63,698 nucleotides of DNA, filler included, from Bigelowiella natans CCMP2755 (GCA_000320545.1; 7 parts of 7 records of this genome joined end to end with filler, not necessarily neighbours in it), one strand, 5' to 3'. Counted from the whole stretch's first letter, positions 1 through 14,035 are shown. Translations and numbers: made by a program. The notes: generated by a model from the letters alone, not told the origin.

Positions 1-189
1 TTCATCGTGAAGCGTAATGTTGAAGTGCTACTGACCTAGTCAGGTGAATCTTGGCTTTGCTCAGAAAAGACAACTGGGACATGATTGCTCGTAATTCTCG
101 TTGGTAAACTTTTCTCACTTTGAGGCTCTTGACCTACCTGGAGGGCTGGGTGCGGTGCGATGTGCGCGCAGTGAGCAAAAACTAGCAAA

Positions 190-242
<53 letters not shown>

Positions 243-1186
243 CCCCCCCCCCTCCCCCACTCCCCAACAACCAACCCCTCAGATACTGCCAGTCCGTCCG
301 TAAAAAGCCAGGCGAGATTCTATACAAAATGGGCGACGAGCTGAAGCGAATCTGGATGCTGCACCGCGGGAAGGTCTCCCTCTCGATCAAGAAGTATGCG
401 GAGGGCAAACGAATCACGGAGGAGCGTGTGAGTGTGCTCAAGACGGGGGTCGTGTCGCAGACACTACCAGGAATGCTGTGTAGTGATACCGCCACGTGCT
501 TGGAGCCCTCCACCTTCATCACCCTGGGCAAAGAGGCGCTGCATGACCTCAGCATCAAGTACCCCTTTGATGCGCTCAAGCTCCACCGGCTTGTGATCCA
601 GGACATCGCTGACACGAAGTCGCAGCTCGAGCACAAGACCGACGACAACATAGAGGCGGACGACTATCTGAAGAACCAGCTCAAGCACGAGGAGGCCGAC
701 CTCCACAACGTCTCCTTTGCCCGGGGGCGCTCGAGGCGGATGCTCTCCGTAATGCAGGTAGAGGTGGGGCGCCGCGCCCGCTCCAAGTCCAGAGCTCGGT
801 CAGATGAGGCCAGGAAGGCTATGCAGGACAACAACAACAACTTTAACAAGAAGAAGAACGAGAACAGCACTAAGACCGTGCTCGAAGAGGACAGCAAGCA
901 CGCAGCTGGTGGCGCGGAAGGAGCCGTGGAGGGGAAGGATGGAGCCGCACCCCAACGCAGCGACATGACCCAAAATCCAGATATCCTCTCCCGCGCCGAA
1001 AAGGGGATGAGCTCCCGCCCTCAAAATTTTCGCGGCGCTAGCCTTCCTCTTCCAAGCAAGGAGGGGGGGGCAAGACAGCAGGGCTTGCGTAGGCAAATTA
1101 GCCTGCCACCAAGCGTATCCCAGGGGTTTCCAAAAGGGGCTATCAAAGGGTTTCTGCCAAAAGCGGTAATCAGAGAGATTTATTAG
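1..1186 (+). CDS. cyclic-nucleotide-binding (cNMP) domain protein, 3' part (5' end outside window)
   Basis: Long terminal exon from acceptor ctcag at 282 encodes RKKPGEILYKMGDELKRIWMLHRGKVSL...SDTATCLEPSTFITLGKEALHDLSIKYP, a typical cNMP-binding fold, then a low-complexity tail; stop TAG at 1184-1186. Confidence 0.65.
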
Positions 1187-1348
1187 TATTAAGGCATGCA
1201 TTGGTAGCCGCTATATCGTGCTACAAATACCCTCTGGTAGATGGTAGCCTTAGTGTCACCATAGTCATCGTCTTCTTCTTCTTCGTCATCTTCTTCTTCT
1301 CACGCTGAGGATTTGGACATTGTTGTCACTGTTCTCCTCCTCCTCCTC

Positions 1349-1379
<31 letters not shown>

Positions 1380-1419
1380 GTATTTTACCATTTCCAAAAA
1401 CTTTTCTGGCGTGTGCTTT

Positions 1420-1649
1420 GTTGGGGATTGTTTGGCATTGGTTTGGCCTTTTGTTGTCATCGCTACCTTTCGCGTTTGCGTGCTTGCCACTGCTGCTTGG
1501 CATTATCGTTGTGCGTGCAGTCGGAGCTAGCATACAAACGTGTGAAATCTAGAAATTCGTCTCTCACCATCCTTCCAACAGCCGTATGCTGAGAGCCTAG
1601 TCGAAGAAAAATGATGACAATAACAAGAAGACTGCGCTTGTTTTTTTAA

Positions 1650-1691
<42 letters not shown>

Positions 1692-2170
1692 CGGACTAGA
1701 TCTGATACTCAGCGTTTCTCGATTTTAGTCGCTAACAACACCATCATCATCATCATCATCATCATAATCTGTGTTGCTATTCTCACGCCAATCCTTCCTT
1801 CCTCCCCAGTCGCCTCTGCTCACCCTAGCTCGATCGAAGACACAATCAGACGAGACAAAGCAACAGTAAGTAGCGCCATCGTGTAGTGTTAGACTAGAAG
1901 CTTCTGTGGAGAGAGGATATGAAGGGCTGTTACAGAGAGAAAGGGAAACCAATCCATGACGGAAGTTCCGATGATTTTCTCCCCCGCCGGCAATGATACG
2001 TCGTGTGACCTCGTCGCTGTCCTCTTTTTACCACGCAGAACCAACTTGATTCATCAAAGGCCTTCTCGACGTGACATCCAATCTCCGCACCGTGACAGCA
2101 GAGGGGGATCTTGCTTCGATGAGAGCCATGCGGATATGGCGAACAGCTTGAAAGGTGGTGTTGGCCCCTC
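1420..2170 (-). CDS. small multi-exon hypothetical protein (tentative)
   Basis: GT-AG-bounded segments join in phase: KIPLCCHGAEIGCHVEKAFDESSWFCV|EASSLTLHDGATYCCFVSSDCVFDRAR|RLKSRNAE|LSAYGCWKD|DFTRLYASSDCTHND. No recognised homology; ends uncertain. Confidence 0.3.
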
Positions 2171-2381
2171 CCCTGTGTAGCAGATAAATGCTCTTACAAG
2201 TGCATGAATGGTGTCCATTTATTCGTCTATTTTACGCGTTTTCTGGATAAGGCCAATTTTCTTTTTCTCCCCGCCCCCCTCTCGTTGCTACTTTGTTTTC
2301 TTCCGAGAAGACATCTCTATTAGGGATGGGTCGTTCTCTGCTGCCGCATCACAACACCAGACGCCTAATAATGCGGGTAGT

Positions 2382-2548
2382 ATGGCCGATAAGGGCAGTA
2401 ATTTGGTAGGGAAGGGCTGCAAGCAGCGCAAGGAGAAACGGACATCTAGGAGGGGGGGGACTGACTCAAAGGTATTTTTTTTGCCAAAAATTAGGATTAT
2501 TGTAAACACACTTTTATAACACACGCGCACAAACACGCGCACAAACAT

Positions 2549-2584
<36 letters not shown>

Positions 2585-3130
2585 ACACGTACACAGCAGC
2601 AGCAGCAACAACAACGGAAAGGCATTCACATGAAATCTGAACCCCCCCCCCCAACCCCTCCCCCTCCACATCCACCCTCTCCTCCTCCAGTCGGAATACA
2701 TCCTATCACGGCACCAGCGCTTCACCTACACCCAGATCTTCAACAACCTCTCCCAGCGGACGCAACAGTGGGGGGGGGTGGGCAAGGTGAAGAAGCTGAA
2801 CACGCGCTATCTCCGCCATGCCGTCCTCGACTGCGGTTACTTCCGCACGGAGACCGCAATACAGCGCCTCAAGGAAAGGCTGGGGCTGACAGATGAGCTC
2901 ACGCTCACGCTCGAGCAGTTTCTTCGCTTCATGAAACGGGTATCGATGGTGAGCATCTCGCGGGTACTGCGAGCGGAGTACCTAGACACGTACCAGGCGT
3001 ACGCGCGCGATCCGAGCGCCGGCCTGAAGGAAAGCGAGCTTCGCACTGCCATGGAGGCGACTTTCAACGAGACCTTCAGCGGCCAGGATATTGAAAATAT
3101 AATCAATCAGTGGGGATCGAAGGTAGTAGG

Positions 3131-3166
<36 letters not shown>

Positions 3167-4625
3167 AATACTTTTGGTTTGGGACTGATATATTCCCCCC
3201 GACTCCTCGAATCAAACAGTCGCAGCGCACGGTCTCGTTTGCGCAATTTCTGAGCATGATGGCCTTCTCTCAAATGCAAAACCGGCTGGAGAAGCAAGTC
3301 GAAAAGCAGGCGTTCAGGTCACGTTTCTCGTAGATTCCAACAAGAACAAACCGATGAATCGAAGAAAAATGAGATGATGACCACAGGCCAAAAACGAGAC
3401 CTATTTTCCCCCCCCTAACATCCGATCATCCCTTGCATGCTGCCGCTGCTGTTCTATCGCTGTGTGCGTCTAAGGATTTTCACCAACCAACAAACAAATG
3501 CATTTCAACAAAGGCGCGCGTCGCCACGGAGCTCATTACTGTTATCGCGAATTCTCAGGTTATTCTCCGGTGGCAGGGAACGAATCTACTGGGAGGACAT
3601 CCAGAAGGCCGTGAAGAGAATGACAGGCGAGGTGGGTGTGCCAATACACGTATCGTAATCACGAAGCGCGTGAACATAGATACTTCACTGCGAGAAGGAG
3701 CAGCAAGGGCGACGATGCCGTCCCCATCAATCCCTACTACCGCATAAACACTTAATTCGTAACCACATCGTAAATTCCACCAAAACACCGATCAGAGCAT
3801 AAGCGAGGAGGAGGCCAAGGAGATGCTTCATGAGGCCGACGTGCACAACAAGGGTTACGTCAGCAAGCATGACTTCCTGCAAATGGTCATCACGGTGTAC
3901 CACCCTGGCTTCGTCTGGATATACAATTACGCGGAGAAACGGTTGGCAATGCACACGATATATAGCTTGAGAGTCGAACGTCGGCAGAGAGATAGGGATC
4001 GCCCCGTGCATGCACGCACCCACTGCCCTTCGTAGTGATCACACCTTCCTTGCTGCTGTCTTAATTACCGATTCTCAGAAGCTATGAAGTTCCTCTAGAT
4101 ACGCTGGAAGAGAAAGAGCTGCTGAAATTCGATAAGAACATAAAGGAATGGCACGCTGAGGTCTTTCACCGTACCCAAGAGCAACCCCCCCCCCACCCCT
4201 CCCCCTTTTTCCCTTTTCCCCTTTTGACTTGCAGACTTTCATTTTTAGTAGAGGCGCGTGTGACTAATCCAATAGAGATATGGGATTCATGGGTACAATG
4301 ATGATTGGCTTCCTGGGGGCAGCCCGTCGGTCACACCGCCGAGTGAAAAAATGACAGGCGCATTCCAACGAGCATCGTTCTCGGGGATAGCTGTCGCTCA
4401 CGCTACATTGTTTCGCACTCTGTTTCTCAGGTTATCTACGATGAGAGCGACGATTACTCTGACGACGACGTAGAAGATGTGCTATACGACAGAAAGGACA
4501 AGGAGCTGCAGCAAAGCGACGGCGCCTCTCGAGTATCAGAAGATGAGCAACAGCTTCGGGGCATTCGGCATCTAGGGATGGTGGAGGAGAGGAGGCAAGA
4601 CAGGGCGGTGTCCTCGAGAATATGA
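2382..4625 (+). CDS. calmodulin/centrin-like multi-EF-hand protein (7 exons)
   Basis: In-phase GT-AG exons: MADKGSN...; ...LTLEQFLRFMK...LKESELRTAMEATFNETFSGQDIENIINQWGSK; TVSFAQFLSMM; SISEEEAKEMLHEADVHNKGYVSKHDFLQMV; acidic tail; TGA at 4623-4625. Confidence 0.75.
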
Positions 4626-4718
4626 TAATGAAAAACCAGAGAACTGGGGCATAAAGCACAGAGTAGCAGGAAATCACTTCAATCCGAATAAAAAATCTAG
4701 GGGTAGAATTGTTTTCAA

Positions 4719-4802
4719 TTATAAGAGGGGTGTAATGAAATAATTGCATTTTTTTCAATGGTCATCCTAATGTAGCTTTGCAATGCTCCGGCTACAACGC
4801 TG
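4719..4802 (+). repeat. dispersed ~85-nt intergenic element, copy 1
   Basis: TATAAGAGGGGTGTAATGAAAT...TTTTTTCAATGGTCATCCTAATGTAGCTTTGCAATGCTCCGGCTACAACGCT; matches copies at 5375, 35194 and 49263. Confidence 0.75.
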
Positions 4803-5374
4803 ATGTTTTTTGTATATACTTAGAGCTAGATAGCTCGAGTCGGGAAAATATGCCACGCATCATTAGCAACAAAGCATCACATGTAGCCCGCGAGCATCGA
4901 ATGCCTATATCTACATGCATCGAACGTTTCTATTGCGTAGTTACGTTCACATACCTAGATACATCCATGACTAGATGAGTCATGTGCGTGCTAGCGTGGT
5001 GTCTGCTAATCTAACTAGCTAGCTAGCTATGCACTAGCATACTAACTAGACGCTACCTAGCTGCGCTAGCAGTGCGCATAAGTTGCATAGATACCATTCT
5101 AGCATTTCATTGTGTCACCATGCTAGCATGACAAACACAACCAATTCGCTGCACGTAATGATTGAAGTAGCAAACAGGATAGCTGTCGTGGCCTCGGTCA
5201 TCGGTTTTGCGCAAGCACGTGCTCCAGCTAGGCTAGCTAGTAAGTCTACAGGTGCTAGCATGCAAAGCGCACAGTTGCTCCATGATTAGATGGTGCAAAC
5301 AACAAGCGCATGTGATGTTCGATGCACATATATATATATATATATGTATATATATATGCAAACAGATTCAATTT

Positions 5375-5460
5375 AAGCGCTGTAGCCGCTGCCTTGCACA
5401 GGTACATTAGGATGACCATTGGAAAAATTTGAACATTTCATTACATCCGTCTCATATATG
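5375..5460 (-). repeat. dispersed ~85-nt intergenic element, copy 2 (inverted relative to copy 1)
   Basis: Plus strand AGCGCTGTAGCCGCTGCCTTGCACAGGTACATTAGGATGACCATTGGAAAAA...CATTACATCCGTCTCATA is a diverged reverse complement of copy 1. Confidence 0.75.
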
Positions 5461-5986
5461 CGAACGTGATGCACAATTATATGCATTTTGTTCCTTGATC
5501 GACAACCTCTAGCCACAATGCCATAGAATGTTGCAAACAGGAACACCGCTAGACCGCCATGCAACACACCGCATCACTTTGGTTTGCGAGGAGATCTAGA
5601 GATGCTACTAGCTAGCTAGTGATGGTGAAAGTTGACGGTTACACGGCTAGACGGGTGGGTCTTTGTTGGCTTATCGATTCGCTTGCGTTTGCTAGCTTAT
5701 TGTGGAAGAAGCCAGATGCGACCTTACGAGCTTAGCTAGGCACACACATTTCACATGGCATATATATAGCTAGATAGTAGCATAAAGATGCATGTGTGCT
5801 CGTATATATCTCTAGATCTAGGTTCGCGTACGCACGCGCACGCACGTACGTGTGTGTGTGTGTGTATGTGTGCGTATGCGAGTGACAAATGCATAAGCTC
5901 CTCGAAATTTCTTTTAGCTAGCGACATAAATACCACTCAGCTAGTGCAAAATCATCATCGATTCAGTCCCACGTATCGGCGAGCTG

Positions 5987-6156
5987 CTACCTTGCCATCA
6001 ACTCATCACTGTCATTGGAGGGTTTGTAGTAGAGCGTCGTTATAAAACGATCCTGGAGAAGAAGTAAAATGCAAGTAAGGAAAATAAATATTGAGGTCAG
6101 TTGTTTTTGCGGCATTTCTTTCACGTTGGGCTATTAAACCACGTGCTCAACGCGAA

Positions 6157-6221
<65 letters not shown>

Positions 6222-6647
6222 ATAAGGAAAATTGTAGAAATTCTACAATATGCTGGTATGTCTATCACAGAACGGAAATGCTGGATTTTAGCTCCTTGTG
6301 TTCTTTGTTATTCGAAATATAAAACGCAGCCATCGTGTGCCAGAAAAGCAGTTGGCGCATCAGGCAGTATAGTATAGCGCAGCACCTTAACATCATGAAG
6401 GCCCTTGACTTTGTAGCGTTGTGTCATTCCTTCCGGGAAAAGCGAAAACATGCCATCAATCAACAAAAAGGTGATAATACTGCGTCCATGTGCGTATGGC
6501 AGAGCGGAAATTAATGGGGATATTGCTGTGAATATATGCAAGCCTCTCGAATTCCTTTCTTTCTTCGATATGTGCGAGACATTAATAATTGGCTTCTTTG
6601 GTTTGCAATCGTTACTACGAGAGCAACAGGGAACGGCGAGGCTGCCG

Positions 6648-6689
<42 letters not shown>

Positions 6690-7094
6690 TTTTTAAGCAT
6701 ACCCAGCACTGATAGCTTGCTGCTTGTGATATCGTTCTCTTTGTCCCTCTATGTAAATGGCGCACCGCGTAAACAACAGGTGGAAACAATCCAGATCGTG
6801 TTTTAAAAAAACAAGATGAAAGGCTACGATAAGCACAGAAACGACGAGAATTCGTTCTCAGCGCCAAAAAATATAGAGTTCCGTGAAGGAAAACCATACA
6901 TATCGTCATCATCATCACCATCATCATCAATATCATCCATATCATCATCATCCAAAGTCATCATCACAACATCCCTATGTAGCTCAGCAGAAGCACCTTC
7001 ACCGAGCAGGTATGGTTGAGCTGCACGTGGAGAACTCGATGAGCATCATCCTGTACGTCGATATCATCGCCCTCCCCACCTCCTCCTGGAGAAA

Positions 7095-7136
<42 letters not shown>

Positions 7137-7608
7137 AGCGAGGGCGAGGGCGAGGGGTTTGCACACATCCGCACATAGGCATTTAAAAGCGACGATGAAA
7201 GAGCAACGGCACGCTGCTAAAAACAGGCAAGAAAATCAACGGTTTGTTTGCCTGAATCAATGAGGTTCGGACGACCTTTGATTCCTCCAGTTGATGCAGC
7301 TGTTGTAGAAGAATCAATGTCCATCGAGCCAGAGGCTGGAACGAATCCCGCCGCCGCGTCTACCGATTGCCATTCAATTGCGACTTGTCAGTAGCTTTTA
7401 GTATGCTCCATGGATGTGTCTATTCTATATTTAATTCTCAACCACCCCCCCCCCCCCCCTCCCACTACCACCAAGAAGATGATCCCAAAACCTACCGTTG
7501 TGGTCGCTGAAATCGAAATTTAGAGCTTGGCCTTTGGAATGGGCGAGATCAAGATTCAAAAGGGGGGGGTGGGAGGGGGTTTCAAGGTATTATTCATGAT
7601 TAGCGGAC

Positions 7609-7647
<39 letters not shown>

Positions 7648-8002
7648 GCTCTGTGACTATCGACGTTATCTGATTGTGAGCTACCGAATTGAGGAGGGAG
7701 GGCTGGTGGCTCCGCGCCAAATTCCTTCGGGGTTTCTTGTCCGTAGCTGTCAGGATCATCCCCCATGATCTACACAACACCACAGGGAGATTGAACAGCA
7801 AGAGCATCATTGCTCTGCATTTCTGATCAACATGGCCGCTATCATCACCAATCATCATCATCATCTTCTTCATCAATCTTCATCATCATTGCGTGTTATT
7901 ACTATATCCAGTTTGGAAAGCCCAGGCCGTGATTCTCTCACCTTAAATTAAAAAAATTGTACTTGTATGACATAAACATTACACACACACACATATATAT
8001 TT

Positions 8003-8048
<46 letters not shown>

Positions 8049-8292
8049 ATAACGTAATACGTTAGCATCAATATGTGCGCGTGTTGTTTGTTTTCACACT
8101 TAAGGCAGCATCATCGCCATAGCCACCACCACAACGTTAGTTTCTCATCACAGTGATACCTCGACTAAATTGCTGATTTTCCCTTGTCTATTCGTGATCT
8201 TGGCCTTCTGAGGGTCATATTGCCACGAATCGTCCACCTGTGGTGAGGACGGTCAAAGCGGAGGAAGATATACAGTCACTAAAAATAACAGC

Positions 8293-8340
<48 letters not shown>

Positions 8341-9220
8341 TGGCTCTGATATATCTTGTATTTTCCCCCCTTTTTCTTCCCATGTTGTTCGTATAAACAA
8401 CGACGCATTCTGTGAGCTTGATTGGTTGCTGCTCGATGCTGCTGGTGATGCTGGTGGTGGTTATATTATTATTATAAGTATTATTCTTTGTTACGAGACC
8501 AGGAAATAATAGCCATGCCTTCCTGTTGGGAGATCCAAGGTTACTGTGAAAATCTCGTCTATTTCTACTGTTATATAAGTCAACAACAACAACAACGCAG
8601 TGCTCAAAATAGGCTTCAAGAGAGCACCGCTATCTGCACCGCCACACCATGAATAATGAGTCGTCTGTTGCTGTCGATGAGCGTCTTTCTTCTTCAAAAG
8701 CACTACTTAATACCGTTTGTCTCTGATGAACCAACAGCCGTCTTCTTCCTCTTCTTCTTCTTCTTCTTCATCGGCACCTATCACAGCAGCAGCAGCAGCG
8801 GCATGCTCTCGGTTAGATCAGAGAGAAGAGAAGAATTTTCAACTATATGTAGGAAAGCTTGCGATATTTAGCAGATCCCCTCCCCCCCCCCTTCTCCTCC
8901 CCTCCCGGAAACAGAAGTATTTCCGACGTGAAGTGAGATGGGCGGACCTTGCCTTTCCAATTGTTAAAGCTTCCAACTACAAACACTTCGTTGCCTCCAT
9001 AAGGCCATCGGAACAAGGTGGGAACGACAGCTCTTTGTTTTCTACTACGCTCCTTCTCTTCGCTTTTCCTCGAAGATGACCTCTCATCAGCACTGCCTCC
9101 TACTCCTCTCATAGACTCATCAGTGCCCTCCCTAGCCGCACAGGAGGCAGACCACACCACATTGTTAGCACAAGCAGGAGCGACAGCAGGGTGGTAGGGC
9201 ATACAAAACAAGATATCTAC

Positions 9221-9258
<38 letters not shown>

Positions 9259-9716
9259 ATACGGAATATTCGTGTTGGCAAACAAATATGAGCATTCAGC
9301 TGCTCCCCGCCCCCCATCTCAATATTGCCAACGCGAAATAACTTTGAATGTGCCATCCCTCCCGGGGAAATGATGACCACATGACCACCCAACGCTCATT
9401 GGTCTCGCAATCGCTTCTTTTTTTTTAATAGCGTATGATTCAAATTATCATCACTCGCCGAGATCATATAGACAAGCTGCTCGCGGGAACAATAATCGCA
9501 TTAGGGTGGAAAGAATAATGAAGCCGAATTGGTTTATTCTTTCCTCCCTTTCTTCTTTTTCTTCTGAGCTGCGGCTCCTGCGGTGTTATGTCTCTTCTCT
9601 CGCTTCTCTTGGCGTTATTATTTCCTCGTTATTCTTCTTTTCTTCGTATTTCCTTCTTTTCTTATTAAATTCTCCAGGCAGTACCCTGCTTCTTGCGACG
9701 GCTGTGTCCCTCCCAT
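5987..9716 (-). CDS. PRKAB: 5'-AMP-activated protein kinase (SNF1/SnRK1) beta subunit
   Basis: CBM48 exons VPTLFRWPYGGNEVFVVGSFNNWKGK, FTVTLDLPTGRHGYYFL and VDDSWQYDP...NLVE; linker EPPALPPQ; AMPKBI C-terminus HVQLNH...LSVLGMTQRYK...FITTLYYKP; stop at 5987-5989. Start uncertain (MGGT at 9716, or further exons to ~10070). Confidence 0.9.
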
Positions 9717-10507
9717 AGTTCAGCGCTGATAGACTAAAACAACACAAAAAGGTATCAGTATTTTGATGGGGGGCCCCTCCATGATTCAATGGCCACTAAT
9801 GGTGTAGCAAACCTAGTATCGCTCGTAGGCAGCAGGGTCCAAGCCACTGCTTCTACCGCCCTACTATATGTGTAACATCAATGGAAAAACCGCATCCCGC
9901 CCACCCGCACCCGCGACCCAAGCCATTGGAAAAGAAGTAACCTGTGTCCTTCCTTCGCAGTCCTTCCTCTTCGCTGCCACAGTGCAGATGGGAACTAGAT
10001 GGGGGATATGAGCACTCGACGCCCAGTTGCTGCTGTTGCTGTTGATGTTGCGGTTGTTGTTGTGATCCCCAATCTTGGGTAAAAACAATTATTCATAGAA
10101 GTTTTGTCGATAAAATGATCCCCATTTTCATCCAATGATATATTCGGTAAATGGTTTGTCGATTTGCATCTCCCACTTAGAAACATGGAAATAACAATGA
10201 TGATTTTTTTCCCGGTGAACGTCCTGGGAATAATGGCCAATTTACACTTTTTTGCGGGTATATTTACATGTCGTCTATATATTTTGGACTGGAAAAGAGG
10301 ATATGGAAGCTTCCAGAAATACAGTTTTTTTAAGAGATAATATCGGCTGAGAAATTACTACCTTTTCTCACTGCCGAATTTCTCAATCCCCCCCCGCCTG
10401 GCCGAACTTTAGCACCGGCTTGGGAGAGGGCGAACAGCATTTATCGGGAAGACCCCTTGGGAGCCAACGGGTTTCCAGCTGTCAAAGCCTTCCTCCAAGT
10501 GGCGTCA

Positions 10508-11883
10508 ATGGCCGCTTTGCTGCTATGTGTCATAACTACATGCTCACCTGTCGCTGCCACGTCGTCGTCATTATCAGCTCCACAGCGCCTACCCCGAATG
10601 CACATGGTAGACATTCCAATTTTTTTCCAACTTTTAATAATAACTCTCATACGGGAGATTCCTCTCTGGGCCTTTCTAATCGCCCGCATTTCCGCATGGG
10701 CTGCTGCTCTTTGTTCGAAAATGTTTCCCCCATCCATGCAGCAGAGGCATTGCCAGGACCATTCCAGAGGACCACTGGCGGCGGAAGCGACGTCGATGAA
10801 ACACGCGACATCCGCATACAGGTAAAACAGGACACAACAGAAAGTGCACTCTAGTAAGTGCAGCGCTTCATAGCGCGATTGTCATAACACATGACGTTAA
10901 ATGCGGTGCTCTGGTCCTCGTTCCAGGCCCCCAATCATCGAACACGTCGCTAGATCTCGCATCAATTTGGATCGCAGAGGAGATTTCACGCGATGGCTTC
11001 GCAGTCATGCCAAAAATCTCCCGGAGGACGAAAACTACGGTCCTTTGGCTAACACGCTGCCACTGCTCGCCCAAGGAGATGTGCGTACAGCCTTAATCGT
11101 AACAACATTAGAAGAGATCGATTCGATTTTTGAAAGAGTCCTTGATAGCTCAAAGACTGCTTCATCTTTGCCACGGCTCCACTGCGCTATGTAGCTTGCA
11201 GAATGGTTGTTCTCCGATTCTGTTGTTGTATTGGGTTCCCATCTCAATCGTTACTTGATAGTGAAAATAATGTAAGAAAATCTTATGACGCATTTGTGCA
11301 GCAGTGCGAAGATATTTCTAGCCCGCCCCCGCAATTATTGCGTCCTAACTGCAAGAAATGATGTGGAAAGGTTCTTCCCGGGGGACTCCATAACTACACG
11401 GTGGTCGGGCCTCTTGGATCCGGTAGAGGGGGGTGAGGGGGGGGCTGAAACTGCAAAGCAAATGATGCTGTGCGCAGGGAATCACGATCAGTTTCATTCA
11501 TACGATATGCTGCAAAATAGCCATCCGTGTCTTTGTCGGTATGATATCTTCTTGAGTGTTGGATTTACATGTTGGAAGCCCCCTTCTATTATGAATGAGT
11601 AGCAGCTTTGTAATCTAGCAGCAGCAGCAGCAGCAGCAGCAGCACAACGACTGTAAAGAGGAATCTATACAATCAGGCTCCACTGGGATGACATACGAGG
11701 CGAAACTGGGAGACGGTAGCGGGCAGCGAGTCGCAATCAAAACACTGAGCCTATCGAGAATGTCATCTTGGAAGCAATTAGATCTTTTCGAGCGTGAGGT
11801 ACTACTGTTGCTGTTACTGTTACTGCTGCTGCTACTTATAGATACATATTTTAAAATCCATCCACTCCTCTTGCTAATCACTC

Positions 11884-11923
<40 letters not shown>

Positions 11924-12719
11924 CAGGCAGGCATGCTCGGTAGCGTGCGGCATGCTAGTGTTCCAAGGTCGGTTCATTCCTTCATCATGCTTCTCTCATA
12001 TACTGCAACTGCAGCTGCCGAGGAGGGTGGGGGGTGGGGGAGCGAGAGTATAGACAAGCGCGTGGAAATGTAGCGAGGATGATAATAGTAGTGGTTTCGA
12101 TAGACTCGTTATCGTTTCTGTACAGATATACTCCCCTAATGTCACCCCTCCCCTCCTCCCCATCGCGTGTATTGACAGTAAGCTTCAATGAATCTCACGT
12201 CCTTCCCCTCCTTAGTTATCTGGAGCATTTTGAGACTCAAAGGTAACACGAAGGGCGGGGGTTGCGAGAATGATAATCGATGATGACGCCAATGCTGCTG
12301 CTGATGGTGATGATGAGGAGGAGAGTGGTGGTGAGGAAGATGGTGTTGTTGATGATGTGAATGACGGCTGAATACTGTAAAGCTCCCTGACTACGTGTAA
12401 ACCTTATGAGGTGTTTGCTGCTGTTTCGACTTGGTTCATTGTGAGTGTCGCGTCATTTTGCCGTTCTCCCTCCCAAACCGTATCATCGCTGCTCGATAAC
12501 AAGATGCCTCCATCCACCCATCAAACAACCCCATTCTGAACAAAGCGACAAAGACAAGGCGTGGTATCTAGTGCAACACCTCGCGCCCGGTGGGAATTAG
12601 CAGATGTGAAGGCCAGACGTTCTTTTTCATCTAAGCTTCAGTAGCTCTATGCGCAGCGACAGCGTTTGCTGTTGATAGCATACTCGTCACCAGAGATATA
12701 CATTAATATATGTATATAT

Positions 12720-12761
<42 letters not shown>

Positions 12762-13282
12762 ATGTAGTGGACGGCAGTAATGGTTATCGACGCAATGATG
12801 ATGGTGATGATGATGAAGATGATGATGATGATGAAGAAGAAGAAGATGATGATGATGATAATAGCCCCCTATCGGTTATTCTGATCCTTCTCAATCATCT
12901 TTCACTTGTTGTGGTAGGTCAATCCCTGGGAAGCCTATTAAGATCTGGGGCAAGGCTAGAGTAAGCTGTTTACCCCCCCCTTGCTACAGCGCCGCCTCGC
13001 ATCCTTTTCCCTTTCCCGCGACATATATGCACATACATCGGTGATTGTGCCCCAGTGACACGGCTGTTCGCCGTGTAGTGTGACAGGAGCCATCAGCGCT
13101 CTTTTACACTCTGCGTAAGTTGCTGTCTGCGCGCTGTCCTGACCAGGTTGAAATCGATGTCAATATTGCAGCTTGAGGAGATTCGCACGTTGCACGCCGT
13201 GTTCTTGGTGAGAGCTCGTAGCAGCAATCTCATTATAGCGTATAGAGATCAGGAGTCTGTATTCCTTCGTGCCCCCCCCCCC
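10508..13282 (+). CDS. Ser/Thr protein kinase, cyanobacterial Pkn2/Spk-like, with N-terminal leader; truncated by gap
   Basis: GSTGMTYEAKLGDGSGQRVAIKTLSLSRMSSWKQLDLFERE (subdomains I-III), YLEHFE, DKAWYLVQHLAPG, QSLGSLLRSGARL; N-terminus MAALLLCVITTCSPVAATSSSLSAPQRLPRM. The catalytic loop is not reached before the gap. Confidence 0.8.
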
Positions 13283-13382
13283 NNNNNNNNNNNNNNNNNN
13301 NNNNNNNNNNNNNNNNNNNNNNNNNNTTAATTAATTAANNNNNNNNNNNNNNNNNNNNNNNNNNNNNNNNNNNNNNNNNNNN
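13283..13382. other. artificial contig spacer (N44-TTAATTAATTAA-N44)
   Basis: Identical 100-nt linker with six-frame stops, seen six times in the window. Confidence 0.97.
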
Positions 13383-13408
13383 CCTTCATCTGTTGGTCTT
13401 TACTTCAG

Positions 13409-13999
13409 GCTGCACACCGATCGTCATCCGAGGAGGGCTGTTTCCGCTCGCACTCTGCGAAGATTCTCTTCAATATCATTCAGATAGAGCTTGTGAGTGC
13501 TCGTAGTAGCACCGAGGTAGCAGGGGTGGGAGGTTGTTGTGACATATGGATAAACAACGTGTTGTGGTCAGCCGGGAATCTGCATTTTCGTCGTTAATTC
13601 ATTCGTTCGTTTGAAATCTTCGGATTCGTCAGATCCACTGCTTGGAAGGCACCTTGATGAGCCAACAGCAGCGGTAATGCTAACCCGCAACGAGAGGCGT
13701 CAACCACCACCACCACCACCACCACCACCACCACCATCTTCCAATCTGACTAACATGTAAATGCAGTGACGGCGGCCAAGTGATCAAGCCGTTAAGCGCA
13801 GCTCGCCAATCCCCATTCCCGCCCCCCCCCACTGATCCGAGCGCTTCTTCCGTGCGTTGCTCCACGGGGAGATGGCGAGGGTTGGTAACCACCCATAGCG
13901 CGGGGAGCCCACATCACATCCCGCAGCACGCATTTGTTACGATTCGATGCTATGCGAACACCACGTGCCATGAATGAATTCAGCAGAATAATCATATTT

Positions 14000-14035
<36 letters not shown>

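Noticed and set aside
40-150. In-frame TAA near the window start suggesting stop-codon reassignment
   Set aside because: Other genes end normally at TAA/TAG and use CAA/CAG for Gln; more likely an intron or frame ambiguity.
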